Shown here: positions 42,503 to 50,130 of the stretch, piece after piece | Layout: the number at the start of each line of letters is the position of its first letter | Position numbering within the stretch: position 1 is the first letter of the stretch | Virus record (IMG/VR): IMGVR_UViG_3300004625_000001 | Source of the DNA: a virus | Direction: 5' to 3' (one strand) | Length of the DNA: 51,993 nt | The notes under the pieces: model-generated | The model's database searches: none | What the model was told of the DNA's origin: nothing | The model's input: the letters and a program-made list of their open reading frames with translations, nothing else | Made by a program: the position numbers and the translations under genes

Positions 42503-43482
42503 TCGCTAAGCTCCTCGGCCCGGTCGATTTCTATGGCCGACCTCGTCCTGTTCTCGCCTTGCACTGCTACATCATCCAGGCAGGAGCATTCGCACTGGCA
42601 CTGTACCTCTTCCTGTCATGGGATTTTTCTGGGCTTGCCTTGATGCCGGCAGATGCGTTCGTTCGCGACGCGCGAGGTTTGCTCTTTACCTATTGGAAGA
42701 CGCCTGGGCTTTATTGGACCACCTTCCAGTTCATCTACGAGTATATCCCTCGCCCCTCCGTCGGCGCACTCCATGCCATTCAGATGGCGACGATCGTCGC
42801 CTTGTTTTGCGGCCTGTTTGGAATCTTTCCCCGCGCGGCGGCTTGGATGGCGCTGCTATTGGGATCACACCTTATAGGATGGTTCTTGCTAGGCAGCGAC
42901 ACGATGGATGCATCGACGACGGTGTTGCTGTTCATGCTGTTCCTCGTCGCGCTGTTTCCTCGCGATGCCTACTATAAGATTGGGAAGCGCGCCCGGCCCC
43001 TTGCTCTCAGCAATGCGTTCCACGGCCCGGTCTTCATTCTGCTGTTTTTCATGGACGCCTATTACTTCTATTCTGGTCTGAACAAGATTATCGACATCGG
43101 CCCAGGTTGGTTCTTGGATGCCCGCTTGGACCTCTTCTCCATCGCCGCGGTTGAGCAGTCTCTGTTCGTATCAACCTGGTCGACAAACCTTTGGTTCAGC
43201 AATATTCTGTCGGTCCAGGTCTTTGCGGGCGTCGTTGCGTTCCTGGTCTTTGCCCTTGAGCTAATAGCCCCGATCGCTCTGTTCTTCCCGCGATTGAGCC
43301 CGGCATTTCTGATGTTTTTCGCGAGCATGCATCTCAGCATCTATCTGTCGCACAGCTATGGCTATTGGACGAACACAGCAGCCGATTTCATGCTCCTGCC
43401 ATACACGGCGATCGTTGCCTGGATAGGTCGAGCATGGCATAGGCGTAATGGAATTAGTATCGCGGGACAGCCTGCCGAATAG
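42499..43482 (+). CDS. HTTM-domain (vitamin-K-dependent gamma-carboxylase-like / SdpB-like) membrane protein
   Basis: 327 aa, polytopic. The layout is typical of the HTTM family (N-terminal ...LALHCYIIQAG..., FLVALFPRDAYY, YFYSGLNKI, HLSIYL). Confidence 0.7.
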   Translation: MIAKLLGPVDFYGRPRPVLALHCYIIQAGAFALALYLFLSWDFSGLALMPADAFVRDARGLLFTYWKTPGLYWTTFQFIYEYIPRPSVGALHAIQMATIVALFCGLFGIFPRAAAWMALLLGSHLIGWFLLGSDTMDASTTVLLFMLFLVALFPRDAYYKIGKRARPLALSNAFHGPVFILLFFMDAYYFYSGLNKIIDIGPGWFLDARLDLFSIAAVEQSLFVSTWSTNLWFSNILSVQVFAGVVAFLVFALELIAPIALFFPRLSPAFLMFFASMHLSIYLSHSYGYWTNTAADFMLLPYTAIVAWIGRAWHRRNGISIAGQPAE

Positions 43483-43657
43483 ACTTCGGTGAAACCACCA
43501 AGATGTGTACGTGCCGAGTATGCCCGCTCATTCGAGGCGGCGTTGATGGAGGCCGGATAGCCGCGTCTGTAGCTAAACCCGCTCCTGTGGCTCCTCTGTC
43601 CCTGCCACCAAAACGGACAAGACTACCGTCGAGATCTTCCAGGCGTCACCACCGTGG

Positions 43658-43771
43658 TCAGCTAAAGGCGAGCACGGGCGCTGTGACCGCTGCCAGAACA
43701 ATCAAAGAAGCGAGAGCAAATTTGATGCGGCGAGTACGTCTGCTGCGCGCGCCGGTCCAGTCATACGCCAT
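43658..43771 (-). CDS. Possible 37-aa membrane peptide
   Basis: MAYDWTGARSRRTRRIKFALASLIVLAAVTAPVLAFS (basic N-terminus plus TM). AAGGA upstream. It lies in an otherwise ORF-poor 400-bp gap. Confidence 0.3.
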   Translation of the reverse strand: MAYDWTGARSRRTRRIKFALASLIVLAAVTAPVLAFS

Positions 43772-43887
43772 AACCGAAGATCCTTATGATCACCCGCGAG
43801 AACATGCTCGCGTCATTTGATTCCTGCAAGCCGCTGAATCCACCACGAAGCTTGCGCGAAACTTTCCCAAAATCGGAGACATCAACA

Positions 43888-44760
43888 ATGCCAGTCAATG
43901 ACACGGCGAACGAATTCTCGCGCTCTCTCGCCAAGGTGCTCGTCCACGAAGGCGGCTATAGCAACCATCCGGCGGATCCGGGCGGCGCCACGATGAAGGG
44001 CGTCACACAGCGCGTCTTCACCGAATGGCTGGCCGCCGATGGAAAGCCTTCGCGTGACGTCCGGACCATCACGGGTGCGGAAGTCGCGGCGATCTACCGC
44101 AAGCGCTACTGGGACGTCGCCAAACTCGACAAGCTGGCCCCGGGTGTCTCCTACGTCGTCTTCGACGGCAACGTGAACTCGGGCGTCTCCCAATCCATCA
44201 AGTGGCTCCAGCGCGCGTTGCAGGGGCTTGGGCTCTACCAGGGAGCGATCGACGGCATCATCGGGCAGGGGACGATCCTGGCGGCGGCTGGCGTCAACGA
44301 CAACGACATGTTGATCGCACGCATCATCGAGCGCCGAGAAGCTTTCCTCCGAGCTCTGAAGACCTTCAAGACCTTCGGGAAGGGCTGGATCAGCCGCATC
44401 AGAGACGTGAAGGCAGTGGGGCAGGCTTGGGCTACCGGATCAGTCGGCCCTGAAATCAGCTACAAACCGGGCGGTGAGGCCAAAGCATTCCTGTCCAGCG
44501 CGAAGGCAGCGCCAGCTCTTGCCGTAGCAGATGCTTCGACTGGCAGCGGTGTCGGCTCCGGCGGCATCGCTGTGACGCTCCAGCAGGTGCAGGATCAGCT
44601 TTCGCCCCTCAGTTACTCCAGCGAGCTTATCGGCAAGGTGGTTGCCGGCTTGATCATCGTGAGCGCTGTTTTGACGATCGGCGGCCTTGCCTATCGCTGG
44701 TACGCGAAGCGCAAAAAGGACCGGCTCAAAGATGCCCTCGATATCCCGGTGGCGTCATGA
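43888..44760 (+). CDS. GH108 N-acetylmuramidase endolysin with PG-binding domain and C-terminal membrane anchor
   Basis: VHEGGYSNHPADPGGATMKGVT (GH108) and LQGLGLYQGAIDGIIG (PG_binding_3-like). C-terminal TM LIGKVVAGLIIVSAVLTIGGLAY plus basic tail. ATG at 43888 has a GGAG RBS. Confidence 0.85.
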   Translation: MPVNDTANEFSRSLAKVLVHEGGYSNHPADPGGATMKGVTQRVFTEWLAADGKPSRDVRTITGAEVAAIYRKRYWDVAKLDKLAPGVSYVVFDGNVNSGVSQSIKWLQRALQGLGLYQGAIDGIIGQGTILAAAGVNDNDMLIARIIERREAFLRALKTFKTFGKGWISRIRDVKAVGQAWATGSVGPEISYKPGGEAKAFLSSAKAAPALAVADASTGSGVGSGGIAVTLQQVQDQLSPLSYSSELIGKVVAGLIIVSAVLTIGGLAYRWYAKRKKDRLKDALDIPVAS

Positions 44761-45002
44761 CCATCGGGACTTTGCTCAAGCTTGCGCTAGGCGCGCTTGC
44801 CGCCTCGGGCATCGCCTTTCTGATTGGCTACGGCTTCGGATACTCCGGCGGCCGATCAGACGTCTACGCCGATCTCCAAGCCAACCGTGTCAAAATCCTC
44901 AAAGATGGGAAGAATATCGATGCGAAAGCACTTGCTGCTGATGATCCCGGCCTTTGCGCTATGCTTGGCGGGTGCGAGCTGCCAGACGGCGAAGGTAACT
45001 GA
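44757..45002 (+). CDS. Lysis-module membrane protein (i-spanin or holin candidate)
   Basis: N-terminal TM LLKLALGALAASGIAFLIGYGF. ATGA-coupled to the endolysin. Confidence 0.55.
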   Translation: MTIGTLLKLALGALAASGIAFLIGYGFGYSGGRSDVYADLQANRVKILKDGKNIDAKALAADDPGLCAMLGGCELPDGEGN

Positions 45003-45138
45003 GCCTTGCGACATCCTAGTCGCTATAAACCCGAAGCCGGCGACGAACAGTTATCTTATCGCAAATGACCGGCAGGCGGCTGTTTCGATCGCTCAGCACC
45101 GCGGGCGGTACGAGCTTTATCATTGCGGCGGGGCTTAG
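44920..45138 (+). CDS. Overlapped lipoprotein (o-spanin candidate)
   Basis: MRKHLLLMIPAFALCLAGASCQ is a signal with a lipobox-like Cys. It starts in the +1 frame inside the previous gene, as in Rz/Rz1. Confidence 0.45.
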   Translation: MRKHLLLMIPAFALCLAGASCQTAKVTEPCDILVAINPKPATNSYLIANDRQAAVSIAQHRGRYELYHCGGA

Positions 45139-45406
45139 GCTTCCTATCATCGTCAGGCGATACCACTATTCCAGCGTCATGCGCTGCGTCCACAAACGCT
45201 TTGCGGGCTTTGTCGCCGCTGCCACCAATTGTGGCATCCATGCAGGCGCTCATCGCGCGGCTGAACCTGGGTGAGGACTTGTTCGGCCACCGCGTGCTCA
45301 TGAGCATTCCCATGAGGTCCTCAACGGTTGCGCCGAGGCGGCCGGGACCTTTGTCGCCCACCTGAACAGTCACCGGTTTGATCGGAATCCCAGCCGCAGC
45401 GTTCAT
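45056..45406 (-). CDS. DUF982-domain protein (copy B)
   Basis: IKPVTVQVGDKGPGRLGATVEDLMGMLMSTRWP...AMSACMDA...ARKAFVDAAHDAGIVV has the same architecture as copy A. Confidence 0.7.
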   Translation of the reverse strand: MNAAAGIPIKPVTVQVGDKGPGRLGATVEDLMGMLMSTRWPNKSSPRFSRAMSACMDATIGGSGDKARKAFVDAAHDAGIVVSPDDDRKPKPRRNDKARTARGAERSKQPPAGHLR

Positions 45407-45575
45407 CGCGACACCTCACGCGTTACTGATTCGCGACTCAACAGGTGCGGCGGTGATTCGTTCCGTCAATAACTCTTTCGGGCGAAATCGAAGCTGGAGG
45501 TGGGACCGCGCGGCCTCAGGGCTAACGGAGGGAAGGGGCGATGCACGCCCACCACGCGATCCCAAACGCAAGGAC

Positions 45576-45770
45576 TCACATCAAATCGGTTTGTTCCCTG
45601 TCGACGAAGGAATTTAGGTCGTCGCCACCGAGTTGAGCTTCCGCCGTGATCATCTCAATGAATTCGGTGCTAGACATGATCCGGGTCGCCGATAGGACAC
45701 CGAATTCGCAAATGAATGTGACTGCCCATCGGGCTTGATCGATCTGCACTGCGGTATGGAACGATTTCAT
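45576..45770 (-). CDS. Hypothetical small protein
   Basis: Start MKSFHTAV at 45770 has GGGAGG-N5. 64 aa. Confidence 0.5.
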   Translation of the reverse strand: MKSFHTAVQIDQARWAVTFICEFGVLSATRIMSSTEFIEMITAEAQLGGDDLNSFVDREQTDLM

Positions 45771-45845
45771 GTTTTCCTCCCGGTTTTCAAGATGAAAACA
45801 CGGTGTCGGCCTGTCGTCGAACCCCCGCATACGGGGGGCGAAAAA

Positions 45846-45865
45846 TAGCCCGCCGAAGCGGGCTA
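45846..45865 (-). terminator. 8-bp GC stem, tetraloop hairpin with T5 on the minus strand
   Basis: tagcccgc-cgaa-gcgggcta preceded on the plus strand by aaaaa. A second hairpin, cccccg-cata-cggggg, lies at 45822-45837. Confidence 0.5.
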
Positions 45866-45977
45866 GTTGGCGCAACAGGAAAGCGGACCGCGCGGCGAGG
45901 CCCGAGAAGGCGCACTGTTGGAGACAGATGCACCACGCGATCCAGCGCTTCAAACCGAGATCTACGGTAAAAGTTCC

Positions 45978-46004
45978 AAGCCGCCGTTTGGGCGGCTTTT
46001 CGTT
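45978..46004 (+). terminator. Rho-independent-like terminator on the plus strand
   Basis: aagccgcc-gtttg-ggcggctt followed by ttcgtt. No plus-strand ORF ends here. Confidence 0.45.
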
Positions 46005-46063
46005 ATCCGCATGCCGGTGTCGTCCGGTCGAAATGGCATTGAAAGGACAGGGCGAAGCAAAGG

Positions 46064-46714
46064 ATGTCAGACGATATGAGCAACAACAATGACGCCCATC
46101 GGGTCTATACCGATGCCATCACCGCCCAGCTTGGCGAGCGGGTGACCAACCTTGGCCGCCGGCAGACGGATCTCGAGACCGAGGTGCGCAGCGGCTTCAA
46201 GAACATTGATACCGCCGTCACGTCTCTTGCGAACGAAACGCGTGCTTCGATCGCCGCACTGTCGACGAACCTTGCCGAGCGCAACAAGCCGCAATGGCAG
46301 GCGCTTGGGGTCGCGTTGACGTTTGCGGCGATGCTCGGCGGCCTGGCATACCTACCGATCCGAGAGGCGACCAGCGACCTGAAGGCGTCCGTCAACCTCC
46401 TGGCGGACAAGATGGTCACGCAGGGGGAGCTGGAGTGGCGTACAGCCCGATCGGCAGAGGATCGGGCTAGGACTGATGCCGCGGTAAAAGATCTGCGTGA
46501 TAACCAAGTACCGCGGGAAGAGCTCGACCGGGTGTTCGGCAGCTATGACCAGCGGTTTACCGATCAGCAGCGGCAGGTCGACGAGGTGAAGACGGCGCAA
46601 GGAGCGATATACGGCGCCCGGGATGTTCTAATCGAGCTACGAGAAAATCAGCAGCGGTTGGAAAAGGAGCTTTCCTCGCTGAGGACTGCCGGCGCGAGCC
46701 TCCCAACGCGCTGA
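46064..46714 (+). CDS. Membrane-anchored coiled-coil protein
   Basis: 216 aa; central TM ALGVALTFAAMLGGLAYL flanked by coiled-coil segments. Confidence 0.65.
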   Translation: MSDDMSNNNDAHRVYTDAITAQLGERVTNLGRRQTDLETEVRSGFKNIDTAVTSLANETRASIAALSTNLAERNKPQWQALGVALTFAAMLGGLAYLPIREATSDLKASVNLLADKMVTQGELEWRTARSAEDRARTDAAVKDLRDNQVPREELDRVFGSYDQRFTDQQRQVDEVKTAQGAIYGARDVLIELRENQQRLEKELSSLRTAGASLPTR

Positions 46715-46737
46715 CACGTTTGCCCTCCGGTCGTGGA

Positions 46738-47256
46738 TCATTGTTGTTCCCAGCCTAAAGGCATGTCCAGCTTCCTCCGCTTATTTTCGTGGAACGAGAG
46801 CCGTAACTTATAAAACGGCATAGACTCTCGATGGGCGCGGCGGATTTTTACACTCAAATCTCCAGCCAAGGGGGCCGCGCGGGTTGCCCTTGCTAGATCG
46901 ATCTTTCGACAGGGGACGGAGTAAAGGCCTCCCGTAAGGACATCCAAAAGATCCGACAACTGAGCATCAATCTCGATCTCGTTCGCTTCGCTCAGGAACG
47001 GCCGGAAATCACCGAAGATACCATCAATGTGTGTTTGAAGAGCTAGAAGTCTCGCTTCGGCAAGAGCCTGGCGGGAACCCGTTTTGTTGAAGTCTGTTGC
47101 CCAATAATCAGCTGCGTGGACACTCGCATCCCAAATAGCCCTGCACAATTCATCACACCGCGACGTCAGTTCGTCGCGATGAAACTTCCACATATTGAAT
47201 ACTAGCGTGATCGAAGCGCCGATTAGCGCACCCAATAAACCTGAAAGAAGAACCAT
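46738..47256 (-). CDS. Single-pass membrane protein, third gene of the GHKL/STAS cassette
   Basis: N-terminal TM LLSGLLGALIGASITLVF. Only a 6-nt gap to the upstream gene. Confidence 0.65.
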   Translation of the reverse strand: MVLLSGLLGALIGASITLVFNMWKFHRDELTSRCDELCRAIWDASVHAADYWATDFNKTGSRQALAEARLLALQTHIDGIFGDFRPFLSEANEIEIDAQLSDLLDVLTGGLYSVPCRKIDLARATRAAPLAGDLSVKIRRAHRESMPFYKLRLSFHENKRRKLDMPLGWEQQ

Positions 47257-47262
47257 CAGAGG

Positions 47263-47616
47263 TTAATGGAACGCGTGGTGGAGCCGACCGGCAGCTTCCT
47301 TAATGTAGGTCGCTGCGCGAACGGCGTGATGTTTGAAGCGAGACGTACGGGCTTCAATACGAAGGTGCTTATCCAGCTCCTCCCGTGAGAAGCCAGCCCG
47401 AATGAGTCCGCCGAACGCTTCCTCCAGAAAGGAGGAACCGTATCCGGCGACGTCGTCCAGTACCACGATCAGCACCGAATCCTGATCCTTAGCCGCACGA
47501 AGTGCTGGCACAAGAATTTCTTCGCGGAATTCCTCTCCACTGAAATCCCCGTGCTGCTTGTAGCGCGGGCCGGGGAACCGGCTAAATTCTTCAGCGATTT
47601 CTATAACCCTAGGCAT
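47263..47616 (-). CDS. DUF4325 / STAS-like protein
   Basis: VLIVVLDDVAGYGSSFLEEAFGGLI signature. ATG at 47616 (MPRVIEI) has a GGAAG RBS; the longest ORF extends to 47646. Confidence 0.7.
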   Translation of the reverse strand: MPRVIEIAEEFSRFPGPRYKQHGDFSGEEFREEILVPALRAAKDQDSVLIVVLDDVAGYGSSFLEEAFGGLIRAGFSREELDKHLRIEARTSRFKHHAVRAATYIKEAAGRLHHAFH

Positions 47617-47623
47617 CTGCTTC

Positions 47624-48787
47624 CTACAACTCAAGCTGCCACTCAACTAGCGTTCCGCTTAATGGGAATTCGTGAGTGAGGCTTCTCGGCCGCTTTCCAG
47701 TCTCCCAGATATATTCACCATTTCGACTTAGAATTCTAAGTCTTCCGTACCTAGCGCGCTGAGCTACTTCCACAATGGTGTGAAGCCCTTTTCCGTGCTG
47801 AGGCAGTTGCGTTGAAGACTTCGCAATCTTCATTGCCAGATGTATTGCCAATCCGTCATTGCTAAAATGGTCTATTGGCATTGAAAGTTTCAAGCGCTGC
47901 ATAAACTTTTTAGCACGAATTTCAACTGCATTCCAATGCGCCCAACGGGGTAGGCTGTGTGGTATCGAAACCCCTTGGTCGTAAACACATACGAGCACTT
48001 GGTTGGTTTTAGTATTGACAGCACCCGTCAACCACCAATTTTTGAGAGCCTCATGCTCCCAGACATGTTCCGCTGGGTATGCCCAGCTATAGGAGTTCAG
48101 GATTGCCTCGAGCATTCCACCGTAAGGTTCCGCGGTAAATAATTTCTCTCGCAGTTCCGTAGGAAGCAAGAGTGCTAGCGCGTCTTGCAACCGACCCAAT
48201 TCTTCGCCGTCAGCTCTCTCGCCCGAGACAAACCGTTGGATTTTGACGTCGCCAGTATAGCGTTTTCGTGTGTCGAAAGGTTGCATCTCCAATAACTCGT
48301 GGAACCCTAAAGCACGTAGCATCCCTGTCACATTGGCACGCCACTTGTGCTCGTCGACGCTATGAATTCTTCGCCCGGTTATGTGTTTGGCGCGCTGAAA
48401 AACCGCTGCGAGCACAAGAGCCGCAGAAGGGCTTATCTCGTTTATCGTGGTGAAATCAAAATAACGCTTCAACTTGAATGGGCGCTTGTGTCCCCTGACC
48501 ATGTCCGCCTTGGCCTCGACGGCTCGATCTAGAACGTCAGCCCGCAAGCGATGTATTGCTTCTAGCGTAGCATCCACGTTGTCCTCCAGACAAAAGACAC
48601 GAGGAAGAGGAATGGCTGTCATCATTCTTGTTTTGAATCGGGCCCCCCCTCTAGATATGACGACAGCGCGAGCACCTGCTCTGCTCTGGCGAGATTTGCG
48701 CGAAGTCTTCCAAATAAGTCTTCGAATTTCTCTGTCTCGCGCTACTTTTCTTTGGAAGCGTCTGTATTTCTCTGAATGTTTTCGCAT
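47624..48787 (-). CDS. GHKL (histidine-kinase-like) ATPase / putative Ser kinase
   Basis: Ordered Bergerat-fold motifs LEAILNS (N-box-like), VYDQGVSIP (G1-like) and GKGLHTI (G2-like). Very basic N-terminal 50 aa. GAGGG RBS at 48787; an alternative start is at 48625. Confidence 0.65.
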   Translation of the reverse strand: MRKHSEKYRRFQRKVARDREIRRLIWKTSRKSRQSRAGARAVVISRGGARFKTRMMTAIPLPRVFCLEDNVDATLEAIHRLRADVLDRAVEAKADMVRGHKRPFKLKRYFDFTTINEISPSAALVLAAVFQRAKHITGRRIHSVDEHKWRANVTGMLRALGFHELLEMQPFDTRKRYTGDVKIQRFVSGERADGEELGRLQDALALLLPTELREKLFTAEPYGGMLEAILNSYSWAYPAEHVWEHEALKNWWLTGAVNTKTNQVLVCVYDQGVSIPHSLPRWAHWNAVEIRAKKFMQRLKLSMPIDHFSNDGLAIHLAMKIAKSSTQLPQHGKGLHTIVEVAQRARYGRLRILSRNGEYIWETGKRPRSLTHEFPLSGTLVEWQLEL

Positions 48788-48851
48788 CGAACCCTCACAA
48801 GAGCTCGATCAACTACAACGCGAAGAAAACGTCAAGCGCTTGCCTCCATGC

Positions 48852-49229
48852 TCAACCAGCCGTGCACCAATCATTCTTCCGGTGCGGTGTCCACTCTCGG
48901 GCGAACCCTTCCTTGAGCAGCTTGGTCCCGATCTCTTCCCCGTTCGTTCGATAGATGTTTACGAGCGGCCTATGCTTCGGCGTGTTGTCGAAGCCTTTTA
49001 TTTCTATCTGCAGGCCGCGTTCTTCCAAAAGCTCTTTCAGCCTTCCCTTGGCGATTAGCGCCAGTTTCCGTTCCTTGATGCACTTCGCGTGCGATCCGAC
49101 CTCCGGGGTATCTATGCCCCATTGGAACGGCACTCCTCCTCCCAGCAATCGCATGAGCTGCCCGTCGCAGCGCACGGTGTCGCCATCTACCGCAGACAGT
49201 GTGGCGCACATCAGCATTCCGGCGATCAT
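48852..49229 (-). CDS. Staphylococcal-nuclease-like (SNase/thermonuclease) protein
   Basis: VDGDTVRCDG...RLLGGGVPFQWGIDTPE..., then KGR...D...RPLVNIY..G.....L..EGFA. Confidence 0.75.
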   Translation of the reverse strand: MIAGMLMCATLSAVDGDTVRCDGQLMRLLGGGVPFQWGIDTPEVGSHAKCIKERKLALIAKGRLKELLEERGLQIEIKGFDNTPKHRPLVNIYRTNGEEIGTKLLKEGFAREWTPHRKNDWCTAG

Positions 49230-49414
49230 TGCGGTCTAACCTGGCCGGTGGGCTGTTCCTTGTATGGATAGTGCTCCCAGCACCACCAACGGGTCTCCTC
49301 GGTCTTGTTGACCGCAAACCCCAGTCCTCCCCACTTCCCGCAGCCCGTGACAGAGCAATAGTGCTCGACGATCACGTTCGCCCCTGGCGCCGTCGAATGG
49401 CCTTCGTTGCTCAT
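49226..49414 (-). CDS. Small Cys/Trp-rich protein
   Basis: 62 aa; CSVTGCGKWGGLGF...WWCWEHY. ATGA-coupled to the nuclease. Confidence 0.55.
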   Translation of the reverse strand: MSNEGHSTAPGANVIVEHYCSVTGCGKWGGLGFAVNKTEETRWWCWEHYPYKEQPTGQVRPQ

Positions 49415-49430
49415 GCCGCGTCATCTCCCT

Positions 49431-49766
49431 TCACGAGCCGTGCATCTCTTTCAGCTTGTCGTAGTGCTCTTCGACTTTGCGCGATGCCTCTCTAGCCGTC
49501 GCCTCCCACCCCTGCTGCGGCATGATGCGCCTGCGTATCCATGAGGCAAAGCCGCCGTTCCAGCGCCACTGGTTTTCCTTGCCCGATGTGGTTTGGTCGA
49601 CCTGGATGCGGCCCACGATCTCTTTCCCGTCATAGCCGACGAAATCCTGCTTTCCCCCACCGGGCCAGGTTTCCTGCCATTTGTATCTGGGCTGATATTG
49701 TTCGGGCAAAAGCGGACCGCGCGGGATCTCAGAGGTGTAAAAACAAGGAGGGCGCACGGTCCGCAT
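49431..49766 (-). CDS. Hypothetical protein
   Basis: 111 aa, Trp-rich; same strand and operon. Confidence 0.55.
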   Translation of the reverse strand: MRTVRPPCFYTSEIPRGPLLPEQYQPRYKWQETWPGGGKQDFVGYDGKEIVGRIQVDQTTSGKENQWRWNGGFASWIRRRIMPQQGWEATAREASRKVEEHYDKLKEMHGS

Positions 49767-49816
49767 ACCTTGCGAGGCGTTCTTATTATGTTCTTCTTTG
49801 GCGAGGAGTCAAGAAC

Positions 49817-50056
49817 CTAAAGAAAGCCCTTCCGCCGCAGGACTTTCAAAGCTGCTTCCACCTCGGCATTAGCTTCGATCATCAGGGCTTGATTATCGGC
49901 AAGCTCTATCAGTGCCGCAAGCACCTCATGCGCTCTCCAACCTGCCGCGTCGGCACGCTCGACGAGATGCTGAAACTCGGCGTGCAAAGCATCCTGACAG
50001 CTGATGAAGCGATCGGGGTCGTTCTCTTCGACTTGCGGCGGAGGGATCTCGCTCAT
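49817..50056 (-). CDS. Hypothetical small acidic protein
   Basis: Start MSEIPPPQ at 50056; helical. Confidence 0.5.
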   Translation of the reverse strand: MSEIPPPQVEENDPDRFISCQDALHAEFQHLVERADAAGWRAHEVLAALIELADNQALMIEANAEVEAALKVLRRKGFL

Positions 50057-50130
50057 GGCGCAAAAACTCGACCTCCTTGCCGCGCGTGTCAATAGACGGC
50101 ATTTTAAGCATTTGCTGATGGAGTGGTCTC

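Noticed and set aside
43503-43820. 105-aa plus-strand ORF, and the N-terminal extension (43786-43887) of the endolysin ORF
   Set aside because: Its composition is Arg/Pro/Ser/Ala-rich junk with no RBS. The endolysin homology begins at MPVND (43888), which has its own GGAG RBS.
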